Shown here: one piece after another, positions 11,366 through 24,190 of the stretch
How positions within the stretch are numbered: position 1 is the stretch's first letter
Layout of the letters: each line of letters opens with the position of its first letter
Source of the DNA: Octopus sinensis
Taxonomy: Eukaryota
Assembly (NCBI RefSeq): GCF_006345805.1
Contig: NC_042998.1
Location: 121,954,001 to 122,018,000 of the forward strand
Reading direction: 5' to 3'
DNA: 64,000 nucleotides
Translations under genes and position numbers: made by a program
The notes under the pieces: generated by a model
The model's input: only the letters and a program-made list of their open reading frames with translations
Told to the model about the DNA's origin: nothing
The model's database searches: none

Positions 11366-14300
11366 TATATATATATATATATATATATGTGTATATGTAT
11401 AAATAAATATCTATAAATCTCTCTCTCTCTGCATATATATATATATATGAGATGGTGCAGGCATGACTGTGATTAATGTGATAAAGAAATTCTCTTTCCA
11501 GCTATATCTTCAATTTTTGTACCACTGTGCAGCATTTTGGGGAAGTGTCTTGTGGATTAACCAAAGCCTTATGAGTGAATTTGGCAGATGGAAACTGAAA
11601 GAAGCCCGTCATACACACATACACAAGTGTCTCCGTGTCCGTGTGTGCAGCTTTGTGTTTGTTTACATTTTCTGTTCTACAACAGTCACTATGAGCAGCA
11701 CTGTTGCTTTCACTTTTCCTGTCAATAACTTGTTCACTCACTCAATGTCTTCATATGTAAAATAAAAAAAAATCCCCTATTTGGAAAATAGGTGTTAGTG
11801 GCAGGAATGATATCTGGGTGTAAAACAATGCCTCAATATATATATTCATCTAACTCGTGCTTGCATGGGGTATGTGAATAATCAATGCAAGCTTTGAGTT
11901 CCGCTCAGCTGACTTTGCTACCATTCACTTTCTGAGGTTGATAAAATAAGTATTGAGAGCTATATAACTGACTACATATTCTAGAAGGTAATGACTGAGC
12001 ATGGACACAGAGCAATGACTGAAACCAGAGAAATAATAAAAGAATGCATATAGATATATACTCTGTGGCTGTGTGTGTGTGTGTGTGTACACACATACAT
12101 GTATAGGGAGAGAGAGAAAATGAGAGAGACAGAGAGAGAGAAAGAGAAAGAAAGAGTGAAAGATTGGGGAGAGATATTGCATACTCTAGTAATATAAAAA
12201 TATACCTATAAATGTATATATCCAAAATCAATAATGATATTTTTTACACTGTGAACCAAAAAAAAAAAAAAAAAAAAAAAACAACTGGTTTTATCAATGT
12301 ATGACTGATCAGCAGAGAAGCCATGGCAGAAAGAAATTTTTTGCACATCAATTTTTGGTTATAAGCATAAAGTTTGGTGAAGTCTGTGAAAATAATCAAA
12401 CATCTTCTATGCAACTAAGAAAAACTGTTCCGGTTTTGTATAAATGCTTGGATATCACCATAGAACTTATAATTTTATTTCAATTACTATAAAATGAAAG
12501 TGAAATAATATAAAACTACTGTAATCATTATGTCCCATCAATTCATAGCTAAGAGTGCTCAATTATGTAACATATACATGTGAGTGAATATTAATATTAT
12601 TTAAAATATATACTTTAGCATACATTTCCTAGTGTTTGAAGAAAGTGCTTGATGCAAAAGCGGAGAGTAAAGTGTATAATCAAGTAATACAAAAACACAA
12701 TTAGAAATGTATTTATCTATAATCAATAAGGACATTTTTACGCTCCAGACCCTGTGTCTGGTTTTGTCAATGTATGTCTTGTCAATGGAGAGACTGAGGC
12801 AGAAAGTTTTTACAGCAACTATCATATATATGCATGAAGTTTGGTCATGTCCATATAAATAATTGGACAGCTCCATAGAACAAAGAAAAACAGTTGAGGC
12901 TCTTGTGAAAATGATTGAGTATCTCTGTAAAAGTAATACAATTTTTTTCCTTAACTATTAAACAAAATTGAAAATCGAATTAAGTTTCTTTGTTGATGAG
13001 TCATACTTTGATGAAACCAGACATCTGGCCCAGAGTGAAAACTATTACTCTAATTTTGTTTGGATATCCATACTGGCATGGATTGGATGATTTGACTGGA
13101 TCTAACAAGTCAGAGGACTATTTTGAGCTCTTATGACAGCTTTGGCATGGCTTTTTATGGCTATACGCCCTTTACAGTTAGTAATGGGTATTTTTTGTGG
13201 TATCAACACTAGCAAGATCACCAAATTACTCACAAAACAAAATCCCCTGACAGAGTGAGGAAAATGGTATTGTGCTAAGTATTGAGAAGCTAAAATATGA
13301 TAGAGGGGCAGGAAGAGGTACATTGTAGAGGAAATTAATGGCTACCCCAGTTGGAAAGGGAGAAAGAATGGTGGAGATGAGGTATCAGGGTATACCCTCA
13401 AGGTAAAAGATGGAGGATAAGGAAAGAATAGGGTCAGAGAATTGATGATCAATAGGTAGGTAAATTTGCAAGACTGTGAAAGGAGAGTGATGGATGGTTA
13501 GAAATTGGGATAAAGTTGAAAGCAGGGACTGGTGAACATGGGTAGAGGTATGGTCAATAGAAAAACAGGAGTGGGTCAGGGAAGAGTAGGTAATAAATGG
13601 AAATACATAAAAGGGAAGCGGGGAGAGCAACAGTATAATATAACCATAGGTAAGAAATAGAGAAATGCTGTGAAGTGTGGGGAAAGAAAGAAAATGCACA
13701 GTGACAAAAATGGAGATTAGAGGCATGTAGGGATGGATATAGTGAATGGCAAAAATGGCTAGGGTATGTCAATAGCAGATATAAGATGGTGTTTATGGGA
13801 AAGGAGCATTCAGGGGGAAGATAAAGTGGTGAAGGATGATGTTGAGAGTGCAAGATAAGTAACAAAGGAAGTGGTTCTAAGGAAAGGACACACAAGGGAA
13901 CAAAGAGAAAATGTGTTGAGAGAAAAATGTGGGTATAAGTGGCATGAAATGTAGTGTGCGCATTACATCTGATGCTTCATATGCTAGCTTTATTTTTTTC
14001 TAGCCCTCACATGTCCTCTGATTTCAGTGCCTACATTTCACTACTATGCAGCATTGTTGTTCAGTTATATATGCATAAATATATTTCTATATTATTAGAC
14101 TACTATTTATGCTCTGCTTTAGTATTGAGCACTTACACCTACCGCTTGAATGTAAGTGTAGACATATTTGTTTTGAATAATATAAATATCATCTTTCATG
14201 TATGTTGATTAAATTTTATGATCGTAAGTGAGGACTGCTTTAAAAAGTTTCTTTCTGCCTTAACTTCTCTGCTGGTAAGTCATACATAGACAAAATGAAG

Positions 14301-15959
14301 GTATATGGGCAGTAGTATATAAAAAAAAACAAAAACAGTTTCTTTATTGATTTTGGATACATACATCTCTAAGTATAAATTATACTAATTACACTCTGTT
14401 TTTGCATTGAGTTCTTTAGTCTAAGGCATGGAATTATATACTGAAGTATGTGTATGCAATAATATTGACATATCTATACATATACACGTGTCTGCATATA
14501 CATATTCTATTGGTTTTAGCCACTGAACTGTGGACACCCAGGGTACTCACACACACTCACACACAGATACATATGGGCATACATACAAATATGCAGATAC
14601 ATTATATGCATAACATATAACACACAAACTTGAGAACTCCATCTCCATATGAAGCTGCTATTGTTTTCGCTGACAATCAATACACTTTATACTCTTGATT
14701 ATTGTATGTCTTATAATCTCTATTATTTTCCCTTGCATAAATTGATTATTACAAATAAAGCTGTGATTTTGTTTGTGTGGGTGTGTGTTCCATCAATGTC
14801 ATCCTTGTTGCTGTTGTTGTTGTTGTTTTTAGATTATAGATTTAAAAAAAAAACCAACTTATTTTCTACATTTTTTTTTACCCTGCTAAAAAGTAAGCTA
14901 ACTAATAATAATGATGATGATGATGAGGATGAGAATGATGAGGATGAAGCCTACTACTACCACCACTACCACCACCATGATCATGATGATCATCATCATT
15001 TCTTACATTAGCGAAATATTGGTTTCTAACATTGGCAAATGATGGTGGTGGTGATGATGATGATGATGATGATGATAATGACAGCAGCAACAACAAAGAT
15101 AGTGTAACTGAGTTGACAAAACAAAAAAAAAAAGAAAAACATTACTTGATTTGCTATCTTAAGAAAGACATGGTTATTTACTCTCTCTCTATCTATCTAT
15201 CTTTATTTCTGTCTCCCCCTCTCTCATTACACTACTACTATATCTAATCTATGCATAATCTATTTTCAGGGTATAATATCAATGATTTACAATTGGCCAG
15301 AAGAATATCACATCACAAAATTTCCACCAAATTAGCTGGATTTCAGATATTTTTTCTACCATCGTTAAAGCTGGTTAGATCTTCATATCTCTTTTTCACC
15401 CTCATTTCATATTAAAAAATAAAAAGAAAGATGATTCTTTTTTAATACAGGTGTTGCATTAAAAAAAAATCTTCTTGTTGTTGGTTGGTGAAGCTGTTAT
15501 TCTTATCTTTGCTCATTGACAATGAATCTTATAGGAAACCAGGTCATTACAATGTCAGAGTGAACCCCAAGATATTAGATCATTAGGAAGTGTGTGTGTG
15601 GGTGGGGGAGGGGGCAGGTAAATGGTGTGGTTTTGATATTTTTTGCTTGTTAAGGTGACAAGAAATGGTAGAATATTGAAGCGTCATTTCTACAATTACT
15701 GTGTGAGGTACAAGTCTTCGAAAAAAAATAAGCTTTCACATGTGTGTGTGGGTTCATTTGTTGTTTTTATGTCTGTTTTACCATGTTAGCATGGGTTGGC
15801 TCAACACATAATACCAAAGTATTGTTTTTACAGCTAGATGCCCTTTGTGTCAATCTTACCTGTTTCTCAAGTAAGAGAATTTCCATTCCACTCATGTTCA
15901 GATGCATACATACATACATACACATACATACAAACATATACACACACACACACATACAT

Positions 15960-16464
15960 ATATAAAAGAAGAGTATGTAAATGTGAATAAATCACAATTA
16001 TAACAGCGAGGGTTATAAAACCACTTACATGCCTAGAAATAGCAGTTAAAACCGCTATAAAGCCATTATAAACATTAATTAAGAAAATAACTCCTGACGT
16101 TTGAATTCAGAATTTGAATTGTGTAGACAGACATTGACACATTATTCTTGCTGGCCAGGACACATGTTAAGCCTCAAGGTATGTTTTTTTTTGTGTTAAT
16201 TTCTATGTGTAGGAATGTTCTACTGACGAGAAGAATGGATCCAGTTTTGGTTCCTAACTTTGAAATTGCAATAGAGGACTAACTTCTTATTTTATTTAAA
16301 TTTTGAATTTGAATGTCATGTCACATGCCAACAGCTTTTATGGTTGAGGAGATGTAATATGAGTTTATAGTGGCTTTATAGCAGTTTTGACTGCTATTTC
16401 TAGGTATCTAAGGGTTTTTATAACCCTCTCCATTATAATTCACATTTATACACTCTTCTTATAT
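15960..16464. mobile_element. MITE/foldback element with ~105-bp imperfect TIRs
   Basis: 15960-16072 (AAGAAGAGTATGTAAATGTGAAT...CCTAGAAATAGCAGTTAAAACCGCTATAAAGCCATTATAAA) mirrors 16364-16464. Confidence 0.75.
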
Positions 16465-16959
16465 GAAAATAAAATTTTTTGATTGCATGTTCTGGCCACT
16501 GATATATTTATGAATAATTTTGAATTGCTTACAGTATATCCTGCATAATGTATTTTTACATTCATTCCTCTCTTATATATATGTGTATATATATATATAT
16601 ATATATACTCTCTTTATTTTTCTCCTTGTTTCTTTCTGTGTTCCTTTCTGTGGAAGAGCGTAGGCTTGAAACGTTAAAGACTTTTTCACTTCCTGAGCAT
16701 TATACTAATTTTGTTGTTGTCTACACCATCTGTTTGTTGTCTACACCATCTGTCGTTGTCTTTTGCTTTTTTGTGAATTCTCTCCATATATATATAAATA
16801 TATATATACATACATACACACACATATACATAGAGGATGTGATGGGTAAATTGTAGGCATTTTATATTTTTAATTTTGCACATGGACATTGTTTTTAATT
16901 TTGTTGACTACACAGTATAGTAGGGTCATTTGGGCACTATCTGTGAGAAAAACAGCACC

Positions 16960-18027
16960 ATGACGCAATTCATTTGGCAAGAAATTTGAAAACAACATGC
17001 TGTACTGCTTGGCATTTGCACTGGGAGCTCCAATACAAACATTTCAGAGTATTTGGGTGTCAATCTGAGGACAGTGCAGAGGATTTGGAAAGAGTTGAAT
17101 GAGTTTAATGGTGATTATGAAGGTATGACATCTTGGAAAACTCACCCTGATTGTTCTCATAAGACAAGAACTCCTGAATTTGTTGGTGAGATCCAGGCCA
17201 TGATTGACAACGATCTCTCCAAGTCAAACAGGTCCATTGCCAGGGATATGGGAGTGTCTGAGTTACTTATCAAGCAGGTAGTGCATGAAGACATTCTATA
17301 TTCCTCATACAAGATGAGAAAGGGCCAATTTTTATCCCAAGCCATCAAGGACAAGAGGAAAGACCATGCTACAAAGTTTTTGAACAAACTCAAGCATCCC
17401 CTTCAACCAAACAAAAATTTCTGCTAGGATCAGATGGTGAACACACAGAACCAAAATATGTACTGAAAGTGATAAAAATCAAGCATCTAGTCAACATTAT
17501 GGTGTTTGGAGTGATCATTAGTGATGGCGATGTTATGCTTCTATTCATCTTTTCACACCGCCTAAAACTCAACACAGAGGCCTACATCAAGTACCTGGAG
17601 GAGGTAGAGCTGCTGGAAGACTCTATATCTGACAACAGGAATCTGCATCATGCCACACAAACAGGAGAACCCAGGCATGGCTGTCAGATGTTTTCTGCGA
17701 CCATATCCCCCTAACATCTGGTCACCTAACTCCCTGAACTGCAACCCACTTGATTATTATTAAACTCCTTGTAACATTAAAGATGAAGTGAAGGCAAGGA
17801 TTATGGCAGCACTCACCAACAAGGAGACCATCCAGAAGAGTTGCAGGAGATTCCAAAGTCATCTGGAGGCCATGGTTGAAGTCAATGGCGATTTTATTGA
17901 ATAAATTTACTCTTTAGTATTTCAAGATATCTTAAGGTAATTGTGGTAAATATATCTGCTAAAATGAGATGTCAGTGTGATTTTCATTTTTGTGTAATTT
18001 AGGCAACAATTTATTCACTGCACTCTG
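16960..18027 (+). mobile_element. Decayed DD37D (maT-type) Tc1/mariner transposon
   Basis: GVNLRTVQRIWKEL (HTH-like), KNFC*DQMVNTQN, NIMVFGVIISDG, QQESASCH...NIWSPNSLNCNPLDYY (about 37 residues between the last two acidic positions). Right TIR TTATTCACTGCACTCTG. Confidence 0.85.
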
Positions 18028-18489
18028 TTTACACACACACATGTATGTATGTATAGTTTATTTACACCATATACATTGCAACATGTATTGAGTGCTCTTT
18101 TCTTCATTCATTGGCAAGCTCTTAATAGATATTTCTAGTACCACTCCAGCCACCTACATCCATCCTTGTGAGGTAACAACGAATCTTCCTCAGAACAAAC
18201 CTGTCTTTGCTCCTCCCATCATAATTTACTAGCTTAACATTTTGCATAAAGCAGACACTCAGTCTCTTATCCTCTCTCTTTGTTGAGATGGGAGGACTCT
18301 TTAGTTTGGCAAATGATGGTATCATGAGAAAAAGTAGCCAGTACAGTTTTTAAAGTAGTTGGCATTAAGAAGGGCATCGAGCTGAAGAAATCATGAAAAA
18401 ATTGAGACATTAAAGCAGGACTTAATTCTCTGACCAACTGGACCCTGTCAAACCAACCATGCCACCACTGAAAATAAATGTAAAAATGA

Positions 18490-19310
18490 AGATGATGATG
18501 ATCATCATCATCGTTTAACATTTGTTATCCATGCTGGCATGGGTTGGACGGTTTGACTGAGGTTTGGAGAGCCAGCAGCTACACCAGCCTCCAATCTGAT
18601 CGGGCAATGTTTCTACAGCTGGATGCCCTTCCTAATGACAACCACTCCGAAAGTGTAGTGGGTGCTTTTTATGTGCCACTGGCACAGGAGCCAGTCAGGT
18701 GGGCCTAGCATTGATCACATTCGGATGGTGCTTTTTATGTGCCACCGGCATGGGGGCCAGTCAAGGGGTACTGGCATCAGCCACATTTGGATGGTGCTTT
18801 TTATGTGCCACCTGCACGAGAGCCAGTCAGGTGGTACTGGCATTAGCCTCGTTCAGATGGTGCTTTTTATGTGCCACTGGCATGGAAGCAAGTCAGGTGG
18901 ACCTGGCATTGACCATGTTCGGATGGTGCTTTTTACATGGCCTGGAACAGGTGTCAGTCAGTCAGGGGATACTGGCCACAGTTACAATATTGGTTTTACT
19001 TGACTTAACAAGTCTTCTCAAGCATATCATAGCACCTGATGCATCAGGGGTACTCTTAACTGGGCCAGACATTCATGGCTGTGATCTCATTTTAGTTGCC
19101 GGGTCTTCTCAATCACAGCATATCTCCAAAGGTCTCAGTCTCCTATCATGGCCTCTGTGAGGCCCAGTGTTTGAAGGTCATGCTTCACCAACCCATCCCA
19201 TGTCTTCCTGTGTCTACCTCTTCCACAGGTTCCTTCCACAGTTAGAGAGTGGCACTTCCTCATGAAACTGTTCTCATCCTTACATAACAAATGACCATAC
19301 CAGCACAGTT
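18490..19310 (-). mobile_element. RTE LINE 3' fragment with five 66-bp 3'UTR subrepeats
   Basis: Minus ORF WYGHLLCKDE..GTCGRGRHRKTW. Subrepeat starts at 18661, 18727, 18793, 18859, 18925; (CAT)n tail. Confidence 0.9.
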
Positions 19311-20436
19311 TTAATATAAACTTCATGCTTTAAAATGATCCCATCAAAATTCCATGTTAATTTATGTTCCAAACACCAGCTTAATAATGACAAAATTTAT
19401 TTTACTAAATTCTTCATTATTTTCACATTTAACTCAAACAAAGGCAGTGAGTTTCAATAGAAATATGGTAACAAAAGGCTTACAAACAGATTAACCAATC
19501 AGGATATTCCAGTTACTGAGAGTGTGATTGGCTACATTGATAGGCTACTGAAAAAGGAATAGTTGTTTGTATACTGCTCCTGGTGCACACTGTGTTTGTT
19601 GCTAAGACACTTAATTATCATTTGGTTCATCCAGCTGCATGTAGTTGCTGCAGATAGATAAGTATAAATCCCTGCTGTACACAGCGACAACATTGCAGAA
19701 CTGAAAAGTATTTCACTGGTTTGTAGTGTTTAGTTCAATTCCCTCTCTGTATATGTGATGAATTTATCTGTGATAAACTGAAATTTTTTTCCAAGAGAAA
19801 ACTTATCATCGAATCATTGCTGTAATAAGTGGTAAGTGAAGACAAACAAAGAATCCATGACAAAACATCAATCCACTGAAAGGTCTATGCTTACTAGATT
19901 GTCTGTGTACTTCTCACCTTTGAACCAATGAGAATGTTACATGTCTCTTGAGAAACGACCTCTTGTCTTTGATAAAGGAAGGACACATTATGGTCCTAGA
20001 TATACTGTCTTGACAAGGACAGAATGGTTACTTCTATGAAACCTTTGATCATACACCTGATTGATCAGGAATGACCAGGGGTTAAACAAAAGAAAAAAAC
20101 AAAGAAACCAAAGAAACAGCTGCTGCTGCTCCTACTACCACTACTACTACAATTACAACCCTCATTCTCCGACTCTACAATAAACAACTTGGCCCAAAAT
20201 TTCTTTGTTCTGGGAAACATACCCATATCTATAATTCTCTTAGTAACCCCACTAACATGTGAAGGTTCAAACTGGACATTAATTAATACCACTAGCATTC
20301 CAACGTTACTTGCTTGCTGATCTTCATTTCTCCTCGGTTATTCCAAAATGAAGAATTAAGAAACAAATGATACTCATAAACAAAAGTAGCAGCAGATGGT
20401 AACATTGTTGAGATGAGGAATTTATATTATGTATAT

Positions 20437-20741
20437 TGTTTATATTAGTTGGACTGGTGTCCTGATCTTGATTGTTCCTTTCATTACATTTTGCTTAAAG
20501 TACATTCCAGCCTTCTTCAGATGTTTTGTATTGAATTCGGCTGTTGTATCAGAATTTTGCATCTAATCCTCTATTTCATTCACTGTGTACCCCAATGGAT
20601 CAAATAAATGGTTAGGTTTGAAATTCCAATACAATGACCAAGTTCAAAACAAGACACCTGAAGATAGCTGGAACATACAACAGCCGAAATGTAGTGAAAG
20701 CAGCAATCAAGATCAGAACATCAGTCTGACTAATATAAACA
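20437..20741. mobile_element. Old inverted pair of Penelope pLTR-like segments with a hammerhead-like core
   Basis: The 94-bp arms 20437-20530 and 20648-20741 are reverse complements (20 mismatches by hand count). The + arm has CTGAAGA-T-AGCTGG...CAGCC-GAAA (20658-20689). Confidence 0.6.
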
Positions 20742-21235
20742 GTATAAATAATACACATACATAATACACAGTATAAATAAAACACATACAATAATACATA
20801 TACATAACTACAAACTATATCATTTATTGAGGTAGATTTTCTATGGCCAGATGTTCTTTCTACCACCAGCTCTCACCTGTTCCCAAGCATGTAATATTTT
20901 CTAATGGTTGGGCATATTTTCTTATGGTAATATTTTCCTATGGTTCTACAGAACATGAAAAACAAATGACATCATTTGTATGACAGGCTCATTCAAAACA
21001 ATCATGTGATGTCAATACAAGCAGCAAACATACAATCACACACATACAGAAATATACATATACATAAATGCTTGCATACATATGTACATATTTATACAAT
21101 GGGCTTCTTTCTGTTTACCAAATTCACTTATAAATTCATCACAGCTGCTCTCACCCCCATAACATGGTAGAAAAATGAAGTAGTCTTTAATACATAATTT
21201 ATTGCATAGAATTAACAGTGTGATATTAACATAAC

Positions 21236-21587
21236 ATTAACTCCTTAAATTCAAAATTAAGGAAAATATAACTACCAAAAACTGCAAAATAATGTTAAAT
21301 AATTTTTCAATCTAAAAATAATTTTCCTACTGGGATCATCAAATTCACCTCTGGAATCCTGAAATTTTTCCCAGGTTAAGAATTATAGTTTTAAAGTGTG
21401 TTAATTAAAATAAGCCCTACCTCCCAATTGTCTGTAAGAACCTTTTATTAAATCATGTCCCAAACACCAAATTGATAATTTAGAAGTTAATTATTTTAGT
21501 AAATCTCTGAAATTTCTTGATTATTTTCAAAATGATATGGAACATAAATAATGTATTTTATTAGAAATATAATAATGAATGGGTTAA
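21236..21587. mobile_element. piggyBac-like non-autonomous element (decayed)
   Basis: Bounded by TTAACTC... and ...GAATGGGTTAA. The body resembles 19370-19490 (CCAAACACC..TAAT..TTATTTTA.TAAAT). Confidence 0.45.
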
Positions 21588-23841
21588 CAGAGTTTGTCTA
21601 ATCTCCTCATGTTGCCTCCTGCCCCTTAGTCAATTTTAGGGCAGATAATACATAAAGAAAAAAAAGTGAGAATAACTTAGAATATCCAGTAAATTTCAAT
21701 AAATAACATGGAGAATATAGCAGACACAATGAATCAGATCAGAATGGTATTTTGTTTGTTTTTATTCTGTTAAAATCTTTGTCCAACCACTGCTTCGAAT
21801 ATATTGTATTATTCAAGAAACCTGTTAGACCTGGAGGAAGAGTACCAAATTGAAGCATGCTCTGACTCAATAGAATCGTGACTAAAATCTAAAATTCTCA
21901 AAGGAGAATGGAACAAAGTGAGAGAGAGAGAGAGGGAGAGAGAAAGAGAGAAAAGAAACAGAAAGAGATGAAGAGGAGTGTGTAGGGGTAGGATGGTAGG
22001 GATATAAAATGATTGAAAGAGATTGAAAGCTGCAGAAGGAAAAAAACACCACGGAAGGTTGAATTAAACACATACATTGCTTATTTCAGAAGTGATTGCT
22101 CATTTTAATCCACCCTCTACTATTTTCTTACTTCCTTACTACTTTTGTTCAGTTTTATCCTTAGTTTGTATCTCTCCTCTTTCTCTTCCTTCATCTCCAT
22201 TATTTTCAGTAAATTTTCTCACTTTTCCCCAATCATATTTTCTGCAACTGCTACCATAACAAGTATTTCACATAAATACATAGAGGTCACTGGCCACATT
22301 TCATTAAACGAGATTTGGGAATGGTGAGAGAAAACTGAAGATTCTATAAAAAAAAATGTAATAGTTCAGGCAATAAGTGTGTGTATGTGTGTGTATATGT
22401 ATATATACACCTCTCCCACCCTCCTCCCATACATATATAGAATTATACAGATATGGTATTAGAAATAAATAAATATCTATACATGAGCTGTTTTGAATTC
22501 TTGAAAAATTTTCTGAAGAGAAAAAGAAATAATATTAAGAAGAAATAGGTGAATTTTCTATATAAAATCACCTCCCAAGAACCTGAATGCCATATCTTAT
22601 ATAAATCAAGTCAATGCTGAAATCATTTTGTTCCAAAGAATTAATTATAAATCCATTTCTCCTCGACAAGTAAACACTGCATATTTCTTTTGACTATCTT
22701 CTTATTTCACTGTTTCTGTAAGGTGTTTGAGTAGGTTTTTGTGTTTGTCTGGTGAAGTATAAGCAACAAAGATAGTTATGTGCGTTATCTGAGCCAGTAA
22801 ATCTTGTGGGAAAAGGAAAAAGATTTTGTGCTATGTGAATGTACTTAGACAAAACCCCAACACAATGTAGATGATGTACATAAGACATTGCAAATGGAAG
22901 AGTTTCTGCTTTGGGATTTGGAGAAAATAAATTGATTTTATAAAGGATTGAGTTAATACGAAGATTAGCTAACATGAACTAGTTAAATATTGAACTACAT
23001 ATGCCAGCTAAGTCAGTTCAATTTCTCTTGAAAACTAAAGAGGCAAGGCAGGTACCTCTGTTGGGCCATGACAAGTTCTAATCCTATATCAAAGTTAAGG
23101 GAATGCTTAATGTTCAGTTTGAAATATTGAAAGCAGCAGACTTGAAGGAGAGCTTTCAAAAAAGGAGCCGAGAAGATGAATAAGGGTTTAGGAAAATGTA
23201 GAGTATTAAGAGAGCTGCAAATAGCCAAGCTAACAATGTTGGACCTCCAACTGTAGTGTTGTGACTTCTATTCTTTCACCAGAGCTCAAGTTTCATTGTG
23301 GCCAGGGCACTTTTAATTCTAAATTGCCCAGTCCAAAGAATAAAGGGAGTTGTAGCTGTAAAACTGATGGAAGAAGCACTGCAAAATTGAAAATAGTTTA
23401 CAAGGCAGAGTCCAAGAACTCTTATTGTCGAAACTAGTACATACAGCATATGCTCTATAAATCTGGCTTGCTCTTGCTACATTACATGAAGGAAATGAAG
23501 ATCTCAATGGTGCTTATGAAATAGAAATTATCATTAGTATAAGAAACGGGAGGTGAGAGAGCAAAAATGAAGGTATCAGGATAAGTGAGTATGCCATGTG
23601 AGCTGAGGTGGTAAAGAGTTCAACAACTTCAGAATAGCAGAGGTTCTTGTAGCTACAAACAGGAGCTATTGAAAGTGAAAACAACATGATTGTCATAGAG
23701 TACTGGTGATTGTATCTCAGTTGGATAGGTTGGTCTTTGGACATGACACCTAACACATAGCTAACCCACTCTATTAACATATAGATAGGTATATCTATAC
23801 ATTATAATAATAATAATAATAATAATAATGATAATAATAAT

Positions 23842-23980
23842 ATAGGCACTGCACACATCCTACGCAGAACACTTTCCATACAATAACCATCAGAGCATCA
23901 CAACAAATCACAGCACATACCCAAGGCACACAGAGCTGCGCTCGGTAGTGAAGTGAAAGCACGCTATAAAAATAAAACTA

Positions 23981-23984
<4 letters not shown>
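23842..23984 (+). mobile_element. Short 3' stub of an R4/Dong-type RLE retroelement in (TAA)n
   Basis: ATA GGC ACT GCA CAC ATC CTA CGC AGA ACA CTT TCC ATA CAA TAA = IGTAHILRRTLSIQ*, the RLE ORF C-terminus, plus ~100 bp of 3'UTR; (TAA)n on both sides. Confidence 0.75.
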
Positions 23985-24014
<30 letters not shown>

Positions 24015-24020
<6 letters not shown>

Positions 24021-24190
24021 GCTTCAAACTTTGGTGAAAGGCCAGCAATTTTAGTAAGGAGGGGTTAGTTGATCACATTGACCCTGGTGCTCAACTGGTA
24101 CTTTATTTTATCAACCTCAAAAGCATGAAAGGTAAAGTCAACCTTGGTGGAATTTGAACTCTGAAGAATGTAAAGAACTGTAAGAAATAC
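24015..24190 (-). mobile_element. SINE family A (CORE-like)
   Basis: GGTGCTCAACTGGTACTTTATTTTATCAACCTCAAAAGCATGAAAGGTAAAGTCAACCTTGGTGGAATTTGAACTC. Confidence 0.8.

Noticed and set aside
13330-13950. About 600-bp purine-biased tract with overlapping minus-strand ORFs
   Set aside because: The ORFs are a by-product of pyrimidine-rich composition; there is no periodicity, terminus or motif.
18661-18960. CRISPR-like appearance of regularly spaced repeats
   Set aside because: The spacers are homologous to each other, the array lies inside a LINE 3'UTR, the context is eukaryotic and there are no cas genes.
18662-19160. 113- and 153-aa + strand ORFs with a 22-aa repeat (also 51868-52163 and 2125-2436)
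   Set aside because: Antisense read-through of the 66-bp RTE 3'UTR subrepeats, whose length is a multiple of 3.
22990-23780. Possible ancient CR1/L2-type RT remnant on the minus strand
   Set aside because: Only vague motif resemblance (AYA.., HF..P..KAL..CC) with many stops; not classifiable by eye.
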